A stretch of 64,000 nt of DNA from an uncultured Bacillota bacterium (GCA_949299015.1 CASFYT010000016.1:27066-91065); one strand, 5' to 3'. Numbered from the stretch's first letter, positions 39,294 through 49,148 are shown. The notes: a model not told the origin generated them from the sequence alone. Numbers and translations are program-made.

Positions 39294-40856
39294 ATGGGAA
39301 CGATTGTCTTGGTCATCGATATCGGAACGCAGTCCCTTCGGGCCTCGCTGGTCGATTCGGAGCAGGGAATCCTGCTCTTTGAGCAGGAAAAATACGCCGT
39401 CCCCTACTTTTCGAAGCGAAAGGACTACGCCGAGCAGGAGCCGGACTTCTATCTCGAAACGATGGCTCAGGCGACGAAGGCCCTTCGAAGGAAGGACGAA
39501 GGCCTCTTCCTGAAGGCCCAGGCGATGGTCCTCGTCGCCTTCCGCGACACGGCCGTCCTCCTCGACGAGAAGATGAAGCCGATACGTCCGTCGATCCTGT
39601 GGTGCGACCAAAGGACGGCCAAGATCAAGAACCAGCACAACCTTCGCTTCTACGAGAAGCTTCTCTTCCGCTTCCTCGGCATGGGGGACACCGCCAAGTT
39701 CAATTCCCGGAGGACGGCTTCCTTCTGGATCCAGGAAAACGAACCGGAGAACTGGAAGAAGATGCGGTATTACGCTCCGCTGACGGCCTATTTCAACTAC
39801 CGCGTCACGGGAAAGCTCCAGGTCTGTTCCGCCGACTGCATCGGCCACTACCCCATCAATTTCAAGAAGGGAAGGTGGTATCCTTCCTGGCACCCGAAGG
39901 TCTCGGTCTTCGGCATCCCTCCTTCCGCCCTTCCTCCGCTTCTTCCCCCGGGAAGGATCCTCGGACACGTCACCCGGGAATTCGCGGAGTTTTCGGGCAT
40001 TCCGGAGGGCCTTCCCCTCTATGCCTCGGGCTCGGACAAGAGCTGCGAAGCCTTCGGCGACGGGGCCATCGACCCTTCCTCGGCCTCCATTTCCCTGGGG
40101 ACGGCCTGCGCCATCGACGTCGTCAGCGACAAATACCGTGAGCCGGAAGCCTTCCTCCCCTCCTATCCGACGCCCTATCCCGGGTCCTACGACTACGAGG
40201 TCCAGGTCTATCGCGGCCTGTGGATGATCCGCTGGTTCTATGAGCAGTTCGGATTGACCGACCAGGACGAAGCCCGGCGCGAAGGCCTGACGGTCGAGGA
40301 GTTCCTGGACAGGAAGATCGCCTCGATCCTTCCCGGAAGCGATGGACTCGTGCTCCAGCCCTACTGGGGCCCCGGCCTCAAGAGGCCCAACGCCAAGGGA
40401 TCCATCATCGGATTCTCTTCCGCCCATACCCGCTTCCACCTCTATCGCGCCATCATCGAGGGAATCGGCTTCGCCCTTCGCGAGGGGCTCGACGAGATCG
40501 TCCGCAAGACGCATCGCATCCCGAAATACATCGTGGTCTCGGGAGGAGGAAGCCATTCCGACCTCTATCTTTCCATCCTGGCCGACATCTTCGGCATCGA
40601 GGTCCGCAAGTCCGTCTATACGGAGATGACGACGCTGGGAGGGGCGATGTCGGTCTTTCTTGCCATGAAGATCTTCTCGTCCCCCAAGGAGGCGACCGAA
40701 CGCTTTTCCAAGACGACGAAGGTCTTCCTCCCCAACGAGAGGAATCACCAGATCTACGACCTCCTCTATCGGGACGTCTATCGCAAGCTGTACCCTTCGC
40801 TGAAGGACATCTACTTCAACTGCAAGGAATTCTATAACCTGGTAAACGAAGAATGA
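39294..40856 (+). CDS. FGGY-family carbohydrate kinase
   Basis: LVIDIGTQSLRASLVD N-terminal ATPase motif, GTACAIDV, and VVSGGGSHSDLYLSILADIFG near the C-terminus. TGTATAAT and AGGAGG upstream. Confidence 0.85.
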   Translation: MGTIVLVIDIGTQSLRASLVDSEQGILLFEQEKYAVPYFSKRKDYAEQEPDFYLETMAQATKALRRKDEGLFLKAQAMVLVAFRDTAVLLDEKMKPIRPSILWCDQRTAKIKNQHNLRFYEKLLFRFLGMGDTAKFNSRRTASFWIQENEPENWKKMRYYAPLTAYFNYRVTGKLQVCSADCIGHYPINFKKGRWYPSWHPKVSVFGIPPSALPPLLPPGRILGHVTREFAEFSGIPEGLPLYASGSDKSCEAFGDGAIDPSSASISLGTACAIDVVSDKYREPEAFLPSYPTPYPGSYDYEVQVYRGLWMIRWFYEQFGLTDQDEARREGLTVEEFLDRKIASILPGSDGLVLQPYWGPGLKRPNAKGSIIGFSSAHTRFHLYRAIIEGIGFALREGLDEIVRKTHRIPKYIVVSGGGSHSDLYLSILADIFGIEVRKSVYTEMTTLGGAMSVFLAMKIFSSPKEATERFSKTTKVFLPNERNHQIYDLLYRDVYRKLYPSLKDIYFNCKEFYNLVNEE

Positions 40857-41908
40857 AGCAGTGTTTCTACATCCGAGACTTTGACGTCGAAGGCGTCGGG
40901 TATAATGCGCTCAATAAATCAAGAAAGGATTTGGATGCAATCTATCAATCCCTTTCTTTCAAGCGTCTCGATGGAAGCAACCTCGTACTGCAGGACGAAA
41001 AGTTTCGTAACCTTCGCCGGAATTCAAAGATGCTTTCCGGCTACGTCGATGCGCTCCTGGAACGCATGGACGAATGTTGCCGTCCAGGCGACTACCTCTT
41101 CATGGACTTTCCCTTCGCCGTCAAGTTCCTGGGCTTTTCCAAGCTCGTCGCCCATGCCCGATCCCGGAAGATCCGCGTCGTCTTCTTCCTTCACGACCTG
41201 GACGGCGTCCGTTTCCGAAACACGTTGCTCAACGCCCTCGATTCCACCTGCCTGGACATGGCCTACGCCCTGATTTCGGCCAGCAAGGAGATGAACCGGG
41301 TCCTCTGGGACAACCTCCACGTCTCCCATCGGCCCAAGATCGTCGAATACGAATATTGGGACTACCTGATGAAGGACGTCGAGAACCGGAGGAAGAAGAA
41401 CCTCCTCTGCTTCGCCGGAAACCTGGCGAAGTCAACGTTCCTCTCCGACGTCCCCCTCTCCCTGGTGGAGCGCGGCTTCGCCCTCTACGGAAAGGGAATG
41501 AGGAAGGACTACCGCGGTGACTTCTGCGGCGAGTTCGACGACGAGACGATCGTCTCCGAGATCGACGGTCTCTTCGGCCTGGTCTGGGACGGCAACAGCG
41601 CCCGGACGTGCGCGGGAAACTTCGGCTCCTACCTCCGCATCAACGCCTCGCACAAGTTCTCCCTCTACATGGCCGCCAAAAAGCCCGTCATCGTCTGGAA
41701 GGAGAGCGCCCTCCGCCACGTCGTCGAAGGACATCAGGTCGGATTGGCCGTCTCCTCCCTGGACGAGATTCCCTACCGCGTCTCCGCCCTCTCCCTATCC
41801 GAATACGAAAAGATGGAGGAGAACGTCCTCCATCTTCGGCATGACATCCTGACGGGGGACCACCTTCGGAAGGTGATCCTCTCCGCCGCCAACGTCGTTA
41901 CTGGATGA
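40853..41908 (+). CDS. Putative sugar transferase (WbbI-like galactofuranosyltransferase family)
   Basis: GLFGLVWDGNS...GSYLRINASHKFSLYMAAKKPVIVWKESALRHVV resembles that family from memory. Start overlaps the kinase stop. Confidence 0.5.
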   Translation: MKQCFYIRDFDVEGVGYNALNKSRKDLDAIYQSLSFKRLDGSNLVLQDEKFRNLRRNSKMLSGYVDALLERMDECCRPGDYLFMDFPFAVKFLGFSKLVAHARSRKIRVVFFLHDLDGVRFRNTLLNALDSTCLDMAYALISASKEMNRVLWDNLHVSHRPKIVEYEYWDYLMKDVENRRKKNLLCFAGNLAKSTFLSDVPLSLVERGFALYGKGMRKDYRGDFCGEFDDETIVSEIDGLFGLVWDGNSARTCAGNFGSYLRINASHKFSLYMAAKKPVIVWKESALRHVVEGHQVGLAVSSLDEIPYRVSALSLSEYEKMEENVLHLRHDILTGDHLRKVILSAANVVTG

Positions 41909-42392
41909 TTTCCTTGGCGTTGGGATCGTACTCGGGATCGCCGACGTGGCTTTCGGCCTCGCGGTTCTCGGCGATGTCGTTGTTGATTTCCTTCAGGATG
42001 TTGGAGAGGTCCGTGAACTCGTCCTTGACCGTGAGGTAGTCGCAGCACTGGTCGTATTCGGAGAGGCTGGGATCTTCTTCCTGAAGCAGGCGGCGATACT
42101 CCGCCAGGTTTTCCTTCACTTCGTCGACATAGGAGAGATAGACCAAGGCGAGGAAGGACATCTGGTATCCGAATTCCTCCGGCGTGGCGCCCTTCAGCTT
42201 CTGATAGACGGCATGGTAGGCGTTCCGAAAGCTGTCTCCCAGGGGCTTTCCCTTGTTCTCCTCGACCGAATAGACTTCGCCCAGGGCAATGAACTTAGAG
42301 GCGATGTCCAGGAAGGCCGCATAGGCGTCCATCATCTTCTTCCGGCATTCTTCCGGCGTCCCGACGTTGGGAAGGATTTTCGTGTCGTTCAT
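41898..42392 (-). CDS. Hypothetical acidic cytoplasmic protein
   Basis: ORF with an AAGGAG RBS before MNDTKILPNVGTPEE. No motif recognised. Confidence 0.45.
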   Translation of the reverse strand: MNDTKILPNVGTPEECRKKMMDAYAAFLDIASKFIALGEVYSVEENKGKPLGDSFRNAYHAVYQKLKGATPEEFGYQMSFLALVYLSYVDEVKENLAEYRRLLQEEDPSLSEYDQCCDYLTVKDEFTDLSNILKEINNDIAENREAESHVGDPEYDPNAKEIIQ

Positions 42393-42406
42393 CCTGATCA
42401 CTCCTT

Positions 42407-42952
42407 TCAATCTTTCTTCAGCCACTTCCGAATCTCGTTCTTGAAGAGACGAAGGTCCTCGTCGTCTTCCTTCTTCCTCTCGGCCGTCGTCCTCAGCTCC
42501 GAAAGGACTTCCTCGTCGTCCATCGTTTCAAGGGAAGGACGAAAGTCGCCTTCGTCTTCCTCTTGGACGAGGTAGCATTCCTGCCCGTAACTTTCCATTC
42601 CATCGGCGATTTCGTCAAGGTCTCCCACCGTCCTCAGCAGGAGGGCCAGCCTTCGAAGGTCGAACGCCTCCTCGCCATAGAGCAGGGAGGTCAGCCTCTC
42701 GACTTCCTCTTCCGAGAGAAACGGGGCGGAAAGCAGGACCGACTGCATGGAATCCTTGGAACAGGCCTCCAGGAGGGGGAAGAGATAGAGGATGGCCTGG
42801 TAACAGTGCTCTTCCTTCTCCGACGCTTCCTCCTCGGAGATTCCGCCGTCGGCGTCGACGACGAGCGAGAGAGCGAGGAGCTTGACCAGGGAGGAGAGCA
42901 GGACCTTTTTTCCCCGTCTTTCCAGGGATGGCATCTCATGTGGGGATTTCAT
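42407..42952 (-). CDS. Hypothetical acidic protein
   Basis: 181-aa ORF, very D/E-rich in its C-terminal half. TATAAT lies close upstream. No motif recognised. Confidence 0.45.
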   Translation of the reverse strand: MKSPHEMPSLERRGKKVLLSSLVKLLALSLVVDADGGISEEEASEKEEHCYQAILYLFPLLEACSKDSMQSVLLSAPFLSEEEVERLTSLLYGEEAFDLRRLALLLRTVGDLDEIADGMESYGQECYLVQEEDEGDFRPSLETMDDEEVLSELRTTAERKKEDDEDLRLFKNEIRKWLKKD

Positions 42953-43101
42953 ACCCCTCTATTATAAATCAAAAGGAGGAGACTCGGTAGCGAAGTCTCT
43001 CGTCCCTCGACGGCCGGGGAAGCTTCCGACCAAGAAGAAATGTGTGCTTTCTTCCCCTGTCTTCGCTTATAATGGAGACAAGTACCTAGGAGGAAAGACG
43101 C

Positions 43102-43344
43102 ATGGAAGAAAAACTGACGGGTTCGGTCTTGGCCGTCAACGGCCGCAAGACGCTTGTCCTTGTCAACGGAAGGGACTACTACATCCTTCGCGACTACGAG
43201 AATCCGACGATCGGAGAGAACATCACCTTCGAGACCAAGGATTCGCTGCCGATGCCTTCCTACCTCTTCGCGATCGCCGCCCTGGAGGAGCCGGATCTCG
43301 ACTCTGTCCTGAGCGACATCCGCTCGAAGTGGTTCAAGGACTGA
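43102..43344 (+). CDS. Hypothetical small protein (80 aa)
   Basis: ORF with a GGAGG RBS, followed by a terminator. No motif recognised. Confidence 0.4.
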   Translation: MEEKLTGSVLAVNGRKTLVLVNGRDYYILRDYENPTIGENITFETKDSLPMPSYLFAIAALEEPDLDSVLSDIRSKWFKD

Positions 43345-43368
43345 ACGTCATCCCAGCAAGGACGAATC

Positions 43369-43397
43369 GCTTTCCCCGTCCGGGGAAAGCTTTTTTC
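43369..43397. terminator. Bidirectional rho-independent terminator
   Basis: GCTTTCCCCG-TC-CGGGGAAAGC followed by TTTTTT. Confidence 0.75.
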
Positions 43398-44052
43398 ATT
43401 TCTCGGAAGAAACGTCCTCGGAGGAGTTTTCCGTGGACGAAGCGTCGGTGGAAGGCGTTTCCTCCGGTGAAGCCTTCTCCCCCGCCTCGGGAACGGGGGA
43501 GCGGAGCCCTTCCTTCCCTTTCCTTCCGCCCGGCGCCCCGTTCTTCTTGGTCATGTAGGCCTTGAAGGCCGTCAGTCCCGCGAAGATCAGGCACAGGCCC
43601 AGGAAGAACAGGCCGTAGACCCACGGCGAAAGGACGGAACGGTTCGTCGCATGGATCGACTGGCTGTTGCTGAGGTAGAGCTGGTCGGAGCCCTCCGGGA
43701 TGTATCCCACCCGCAGGTCGATGTCGGCCTCCCGGACGCTGAGCTCGATGGGCTTGTCGACCTCGATGACATACTCCAGAGGGGAGGCCTCGTCGAAGGT
43801 GAAGAAGCAGAGCGAAAGGTCCAGGGGCTCGCCGTCGAAGGTGACGTCGATGCCCTCGGCCGTGAAGATCGTCTCGTTGTCGTAGCTCAGGACGAAGTCC
43901 GAGGTGAACTCCGCCTTCAGGGGGCTGTCCTCCCCGACGTGGATTTGATAGTCCGCAGAGGTCGAGACGCTGCTCGAGGAGGTCGTCGCCTGGCAGGAGC
44001 CAAGGAGGGGGAGGGCAAGGAAAAGAAGCGGAAGAACGCGTGATTTTTTCAT
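43396..44052 (-). CDS. Lipoprotein with a C-terminal TM helix and basic tail, unknown function
   Basis: MKKSRVLPLLFLALPLLGSC lipobox and a late hydrophobic segment VYGLFFLGLCLIFAGLTAF. Confidence 0.6.
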   Translation of the reverse strand: MKKSRVLPLLFLALPLLGSCQATTSSSSVSTSADYQIHVGEDSPLKAEFTSDFVLSYDNETIFTAEGIDVTFDGEPLDLSLCFFTFDEASPLEYVIEVDKPIELSVREADIDLRVGYIPEGSDQLYLSNSQSIHATNRSVLSPWVYGLFFLGLCLIFAGLTAFKAYMTKKNGAPGGRKGKEGLRSPVPEAGEKASPEETPSTDASSTENSSEDVSSEK

Positions 44053-44170
44053 GGCTCCATTATACGTTCGTCTTGCCGTTCCAACAATAGAAAGCGTGCC
44101 TCGAAGGTAGTCCTGGAAGGCCGGATTCCACTATAATAGAACCATTGCGATTCATTTTTGGAGGCAATCC

Positions 44171-45112
44171 ATGGGAAAGAAACTCATTGTCGACCTCGGT
44201 TCCGTCAAGGAGGAGGCCGGGACCCTGATCCCCGGCATCAAGCTCTTTGCCAAGAAGAACAGGAAGGTCGAGGTCTACGTCGTCGGAAAGACCTCCGGGA
44301 TGTTGACCCTGACGCCCGAGGACAATCTCTACGTCGTCGACGTCGATACCTACGAGCCGATCCGCGGCATGCTCGAGAACGTCCGCGACGCGAGCCTTCG
44401 GGTCTCCTTCGACCGGATGAACAAGGAGAAGTTCAGCGAAGCGGCCCTGCTCTCCTTCCACGGCAAGGAAGAGGTCGTCGAAGCCCTGAAGACGATCGAA
44501 CAGCCGACCTCCAAGGCCCCCTTCTTCGCCGCCCGCTACCCCAACGCCTACACCGGGCACATGACGCTCCTTTGCGACCTCGGATACCAATGCCAGCCCA
44601 AGGCGGAGGACTTCGTCGAGTACGCCCGTCAGGCCAAGAAGATCCTCGAGAAGCGCTTCGGCGTCGAGAAGCCGACGGTCAAGTATCTGGTCGTCGCCGG
44701 AATCCCGAAGTCCCCCTTCGACCTCGAAGTCCTCTCCGTCCTGAAGAACGAGGCGGACTTCAAGGGAGAGGTGACGACAAGGGAGATCCTCAATCCCCAA
44801 TGCGACGTCCTGCTGGGCCTTCCTTCCGTCGTCCAGTCCGCCATCAGCGGCCTGCGGGTCGGAATCGACCTCTACGACGAATACATCCAATACTCCGCCG
44901 AACGTTCGGTGACCTACAAGATCGGCTCGATGATGCTCAAGAAGGTCCTGATGGGATTCCACTCGGGAATCGACCGCAAGATGACTTCCGGAGGGACGAT
45001 CCTGCTGGGCTACGCCAAGACGATCTTCCTCCTGGACAAGGACACGACCACCGTCGGCGTCCGGGCGGCGATGGAGCAGGCCTCCTCCTTCCTCGAGGAA
45101 CCGAAGAAGTGA
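44171..45112 (+). CDS. Divergent PlsX-like protein (phosphate acyltransferase fold, N-terminal motif not conserved)
   Basis: By-eye colinearity with B. subtilis PlsX, e.g. LLCDLGYQCQPKAEDFVEYA ~ LLDVGANVDAKPEHLVQYA and GGTILLGYAKTIFLLD ~ GGASLFGLKAPVIKAHG. However, DAMGGD is replaced by VDLGSV. Confidence 0.45.
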   Translation: MGKKLIVDLGSVKEEAGTLIPGIKLFAKKNRKVEVYVVGKTSGMLTLTPEDNLYVVDVDTYEPIRGMLENVRDASLRVSFDRMNKEKFSEAALLSFHGKEEVVEALKTIEQPTSKAPFFAARYPNAYTGHMTLLCDLGYQCQPKAEDFVEYARQAKKILEKRFGVEKPTVKYLVVAGIPKSPFDLEVLSVLKNEADFKGEVTTREILNPQCDVLLGLPSVVQSAISGLRVGIDLYDEYIQYSAERSVTYKIGSMMLKKVLMGFHSGIDRKMTSGGTILLGYAKTIFLLDKDTTTVGVRAAMEQASSFLEEPKK

Positions 45113-45822
45113 AGACCGTCGGCATCCAGTGGAGCGGCGTGAAGGACAAGAGCACCCTGACCCTCCTGATCAAGTCCATGGCCCTGGAGGACAGGGATCT
45201 CCTCTTCCTCGTCGAAGGGACGGAAACGGACTTCCTTCCGTTCCAAGGCTTCGACAACATCCAGGGTCGGAAGCGCGAGGACGTCCTCTCCGCCCCGATC
45301 CTCCTTTCGGAAGAGGAGCACTTCCGTGCCCTCCGGAAGGAAGCGAAGCTGGAGCTGATGCCTCTTTCCCAGCAGGAGGGAAAGACCGCATACCTCGCCC
45401 TCTACCGTTCCTGGGAAGAGGCGAAGGAAGACTTTCCGAAGGTCGTGAATCCGTTTCTTCGGGAAGGAGAGAAGGTCGTCAGCTGCCAACGCCCGGTCGG
45501 CTCCTTTGAGACCATTCCCGTCGAGGAGATCTTCCAGAACAAGGGAAGGATCGTCCTCATGCAGAAGGAGGACTTCGCGATGGTCCTCGGCTTCGTCGAA
45601 GCCGTCGCCGACCTGATGAAGTCCCGGGAGAAGATGGGGGTCTTCGCCAGCATCGGAAACTATTTCTTCAAGAACTACATCCACCATCCGGAGAAGCTTT
45701 CGAGCCGGACCTTCCTTCCCTCCTGGCACCTGTCGTTCCACGACGGACAGGCGGCGATCGACGCTTCCACGACGATGAACATGGACGGCTGGAAGGATCT
45801 GCTCCAGACGCTCCTGAGATAA
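45109..45822 (+). CDS. Hypothetical protein, start coupled to the PlsX-like gene
   Basis: GTGA start/stop overlap at 45109-45112. 237-aa ORF with host-like codon usage. No motif recognised. Confidence 0.4.
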   Translation: MKTVGIQWSGVKDKSTLTLLIKSMALEDRDLLFLVEGTETDFLPFQGFDNIQGRKREDVLSAPILLSEEEHFRALRKEAKLELMPLSQQEGKTAYLALYRSWEEAKEDFPKVVNPFLREGEKVVSCQRPVGSFETIPVEEIFQNKGRIVLMQKEDFAMVLGFVEAVADLMKSREKMGVFASIGNYFFKNYIHHPEKLSSRTFLPSWHLSFHDGQAAIDASTTMNMDGWKDLLQTLLR

Positions 45823-45861
45823 GGCCTGTCTTCCAAGGACGGAAAAGGGACGAAACAAAAA

Positions 45862-45891
45862 GAGGCTGCCTTGCGGGCAGCCCCTTTTTTA
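45862..45891. terminator. Bidirectional rho-independent terminator
   Basis: GGCTGCC-TTGC-GGGCAGCC followed by TTTTTT, with an A-run upstream. Confidence 0.75.
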
Positions 45892-45913
45892 TGAAATGGA
45901 ATTGGAGGTACGA

Positions 45914-47629
45914 TTACTTCTTCTTCAGGTACTTGGCGCAGTCGAGCGCGACGGCGGCCAAGATGATGACACCCTTGATGGCGAGCTGGTAGTTCGCATC
46001 CGTGATGCCGATGTAAGGAAGGATGACGGTGATGGCCTGGAAGAGAAGGGCGCCGATGACGACACCGGAGATCTTACCGACACCGCCGGAGAAGGAGACA
46101 CCGCCGACAACGCAGGCCGCGATGGCATCGGTCTCGTATCCCTGACCGGTCTGGGCACGGACAGAACCCGTGTAGACGGCGTTGATGGAACCGCCGATAC
46201 CATAGTAGATACCAGCGAGGACGAAGACGAGGAGGGTGACCTTGAAGACGGAGATACCGGAGACGGCTGCCGCTTCCGCGTTGCCGCCGACGGCGAACAT
46301 ATTCTTACCGAATGTCGTCTTGTTCCAGATGAACCACATCACGGCGATACCGATGACGGCGTAGATGATCATGACGGGGAAGCCACCGATGCTGCCAGCA
46401 ATGACGTTCTTGACCGTCGGATCCGGGTTGCCGGTGAAGGAGTTGCCCGTGATACCGGCGATGAGACCGAAGGTGATCAGCTGAGTGGCGAGCGTGGAGA
46501 CGAACGGATGCATCTTGAATTTCGCCGTGAAGAAGCCGGCAAGGCTGGTGATCGCGACGCAGGCGGCAATCGAGAGGAGGAAGGCGAAGATGACGCGGAG
46601 ACCCAGCGGAATCGCCGAGAAGTCCGGAGAGACGCCGAAGAACGTAACGGATGTTTCACCTGTCGTCGTGACGAGCATACCCGTCATGACGGCGGAGAGG
46701 CCGACGAGACGTCCGATCGACAAGTCGGTACCGGCGAGGACGATCAAGCCCGCGACACCGAGGGCGAAGAACATTCTCGGCGAGACCTGGTTGAGGATCA
46801 GCAGGATGGTCGTGCCGTTGAAGAGGAACCTTCCGTTGTCCGCCGCATAGATGATGATGGCGATGATGATGAGGAAGACGAGGCAGATGTACAAGCCGTT
46901 CTTCAGGAAGAAGTTCTTGACGTCGAAGTTGTAGACGTAGTTCTCCAGCTTCTGCTCGACCGCGGAGAGGATCGGAAGCTTCTTGTTGTTGGCCCTTTCG
47001 ATGGCCGCGTACTTTTCGAGGTAGATCTTGTGGAGCTTGTCCTTGTAGACCTCACGCTTGTCGTTGTAGGCGACATTGGCGTCGTTGATCTTCTGGTCGT
47101 AGACGGCCTTGAGATCCTTGATGGTGTTGGCGTGTTCGGTCTTGATCTCCTTGACCTTCTTCGGCTCCATGTCCGGAGGAATCTCGGCCTTCCTAGCTTC
47201 CCATTCCGCCTGGGCCTTGGCGAGGGCCTCGGCCTTTTCCGCCTTGAACTTTGCGATCTCCTCGTCATGGACCTGCTTGGCCTGGGCAAGAACCATCTTG
47301 TTCTCTTCCCTCTGGGCCTTGGCGTAGGCGTTGTAGTTGACGTTGATGTACTCGATGAGTTCCTTGACCTTGGCCTGGAGCTCTTCCTTGTTGGCTTCGA
47401 CGACCTGCTTCGCTTCTTCGATGGCCGCCTTGTCCTTCTCGATCAACTCCTTCTTCGTCTCGTCATCGATCTGCTTGTTTCTCTTGATGTTGGCGATTTC
47501 GTTTCGGAGGGATTCGATGCGGGTGATACCATTCAACCGAAGCGCATCGATCTCGGCCTGTTGCCTGTTGATGGTATTGGCAAGCTCTTCTTCCGGAACG
47601 AGGACACCGCTTGTTGTTTCTTCTTGCAT
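45914..47629 (-). CDS. Sugar ABC transporter permease (RbsC/MglC type) with an N-terminal coiled-coil extension of about 235 aa
   Basis: C-terminal 330 aa has about 10 TM segments with ...TGTDLSIGRLVGLSAV... and ...AVGGNAEAAAVSGISV... motifs. The N-terminus is K/E/A-rich heptad sequence. Confidence 0.85.
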   Translation of the reverse strand: MQEETTSGVLVPEEELANTINRQQAEIDALRLNGITRIESLRNEIANIKRNKQIDDETKKELIEKDKAAIEEAKQVVEANKEELQAKVKELIEYINVNYNAYAKAQREENKMVLAQAKQVHDEEIAKFKAEKAEALAKAQAEWEARKAEIPPDMEPKKVKEIKTEHANTIKDLKAVYDQKINDANVAYNDKREVYKDKLHKIYLEKYAAIERANNKKLPILSAVEQKLENYVYNFDVKNFFLKNGLYICLVFLIIIAIIIYAADNGRFLFNGTTILLILNQVSPRMFFALGVAGLIVLAGTDLSIGRLVGLSAVMTGMLVTTTGETSVTFFGVSPDFSAIPLGLRVIFAFLLSIAACVAITSLAGFFTAKFKMHPFVSTLATQLITFGLIAGITGNSFTGNPDPTVKNVIAGSIGGFPVMIIYAVIGIAVMWFIWNKTTFGKNMFAVGGNAEAAAVSGISVFKVTLLVFVLAGIYYGIGGSINAVYTGSVRAQTGQGYETDAIAACVVGGVSFSGGVGKISGVVIGALLFQAITVILPYIGITDANYQLAIKGVIILAAVALDCAKYLKKK

Positions 47630-47642
47630 TTGATTTTCCTCT

Positions 47643-49148
47643 CTACAGATACTTGGCGCTCAGCCTCAGCAACTCTTCCTGATTCGTCTGCTTCGTCTCG
47701 ACGATGCCGGCAAGGCGATGGTTGGACATGACGGCGATGCGGTTCGTGATGCCGAGGATCTCCGGCATTTCGGACGAAACGACGATGCATGTCTTCCCCT
47801 GCTTCGCCATGTTGATGATGAGCTGGTAGATTTCGTACTTGGCACCGACGTCGATACCACGGGTCGGCTCGTCCAGAAGCAGGAGATCCGGATCGCGTTC
47901 CAGCCACTTGCCGATGATGACCTTCTGCTGGTTTCCGCCGGAGAGACCGTTGATGTTGTCCTTCGGTCCCATGCACTTGGTGTGCATCTGGTTGATTTCG
48001 CGAATCGTCGCTTCCTTCATCTTGCCGTTGTCCAGGATGCCGTAGCTCATGTACTTGGGCAGGTTGGTGATGCAGGTATTGAAGATCAGGTCGCACTTGG
48101 CGAACATGCCGTTGGCCTTGCGCTCCTCGGTGACGAAGGCGAAGTTGTACTTCATGGCGTCCTTCGCCGATTCGAAGCGAACCTGCTTGCCGTTGTAGAT
48201 GATCTTTCCGGCTTTGATGGTCCTCAGGCCGAAGAGAGCCTCGAGAAGCTCCGAACGGCCGGCGCCGACAAGGCCATAGAGACCGAAGATCTCGCCCTTG
48301 CGGACGCTGAAGGAGATGTCTCGTAGAAGCGGAGCGTACGCCGTGGAGAGATTCTCGACCTGGAGGACCGTCTCGCCAGGAGTGTTGTCCACCGGCGGGA
48401 AGCGCTGGTCCAGGCTTCTTCCGACCATGGCGCTGATCAGCTCGTTCATGTTGGTCTCGGACGTCTTCTTCGTCATGATCATGGCGCCGTCACGAAGGAC
48501 GGAGACCTCGTCGCAGATTTCGAAGACTTCGTCCATCTTGTGCGAGATGTAGACGAAGGAGATTCCCTGCTTCTTCAGGTCGTTGATGATGGAGAAGAGC
48601 TTGCGGACTTCCGGCTCCGTAAGAGAAGAAGTCGGCTCGTCGAGGACGATGATCTTGGAATGGTAGGAGACCGCACGGGCGATTTCGACCATCTGTCTCT
48701 GCGAGACGGACATCGTTCTCATCTTCTGCTTCGGGTTCACGTTCATCTTCAAATAAGAGAACAGACCCTTCGTCTCATACAGCATGTAGTTTTCGTCAAT
48801 GACGCCGTAGTTGGTCTTGTACCGTCCCAACCACATATTGTCCAGGACCGTCCGGTCCAGGCATTGGTTCAGCTCTTGGTGAACCATGGCGACACCATTC
48901 TCCAAGGCATCCTTAGGTCCTGTGAAGTTCGCGGGGCGGCCGTCGAAGGTGATGTTTCCGTCATCCTTGGCGTAGATGCCAAAGAGGCACTTCATCATCG
49001 TCGACTTTCCAGCACCGTTTTCTCCCATCAAGCCCATGACGGAACCGCGTCGAACTTTCAGGCTGATGTCTTTCAGAACATGGTTTTTGCCGAAGGATTT
49101 TGAGAGGCCATCAATTTCCAGAATGTACTCGTTCTTGTTTTCTTCCAT
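47643..49148 (-). CDS. Sugar ABC transporter ATP-binding protein (two fused ATPase domains)
   Basis: GENGAGKST, VSQRQMVEIARA..VLDEPTSSL, second domain GLVGAGRSE and LSGGNQQKV..LLLDEPTRGID. Confidence 0.92.
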   Translation of the reverse strand: MEENKNEYILEIDGLSKSFGKNHVLKDISLKVRRGSVMGLMGENGAGKSTMMKCLFGIYAKDDGNITFDGRPANFTGPKDALENGVAMVHQELNQCLDRTVLDNMWLGRYKTNYGVIDENYMLYETKGLFSYLKMNVNPKQKMRTMSVSQRQMVEIARAVSYHSKIIVLDEPTSSLTEPEVRKLFSIINDLKKQGISFVYISHKMDEVFEICDEVSVLRDGAMIMTKKTSETNMNELISAMVGRSLDQRFPPVDNTPGETVLQVENLSTAYAPLLRDISFSVRKGEIFGLYGLVGAGRSELLEALFGLRTIKAGKIIYNGKQVRFESAKDAMKYNFAFVTEERKANGMFAKCDLIFNTCITNLPKYMSYGILDNGKMKEATIREINQMHTKCMGPKDNINGLSGGNQQKVIIGKWLERDPDLLLLDEPTRGIDVGAKYEIYQLIINMAKQGKTCIVVSSEMPEILGITNRIAVMSNHRLAGIVETKQTNQEELLRLSAKYL

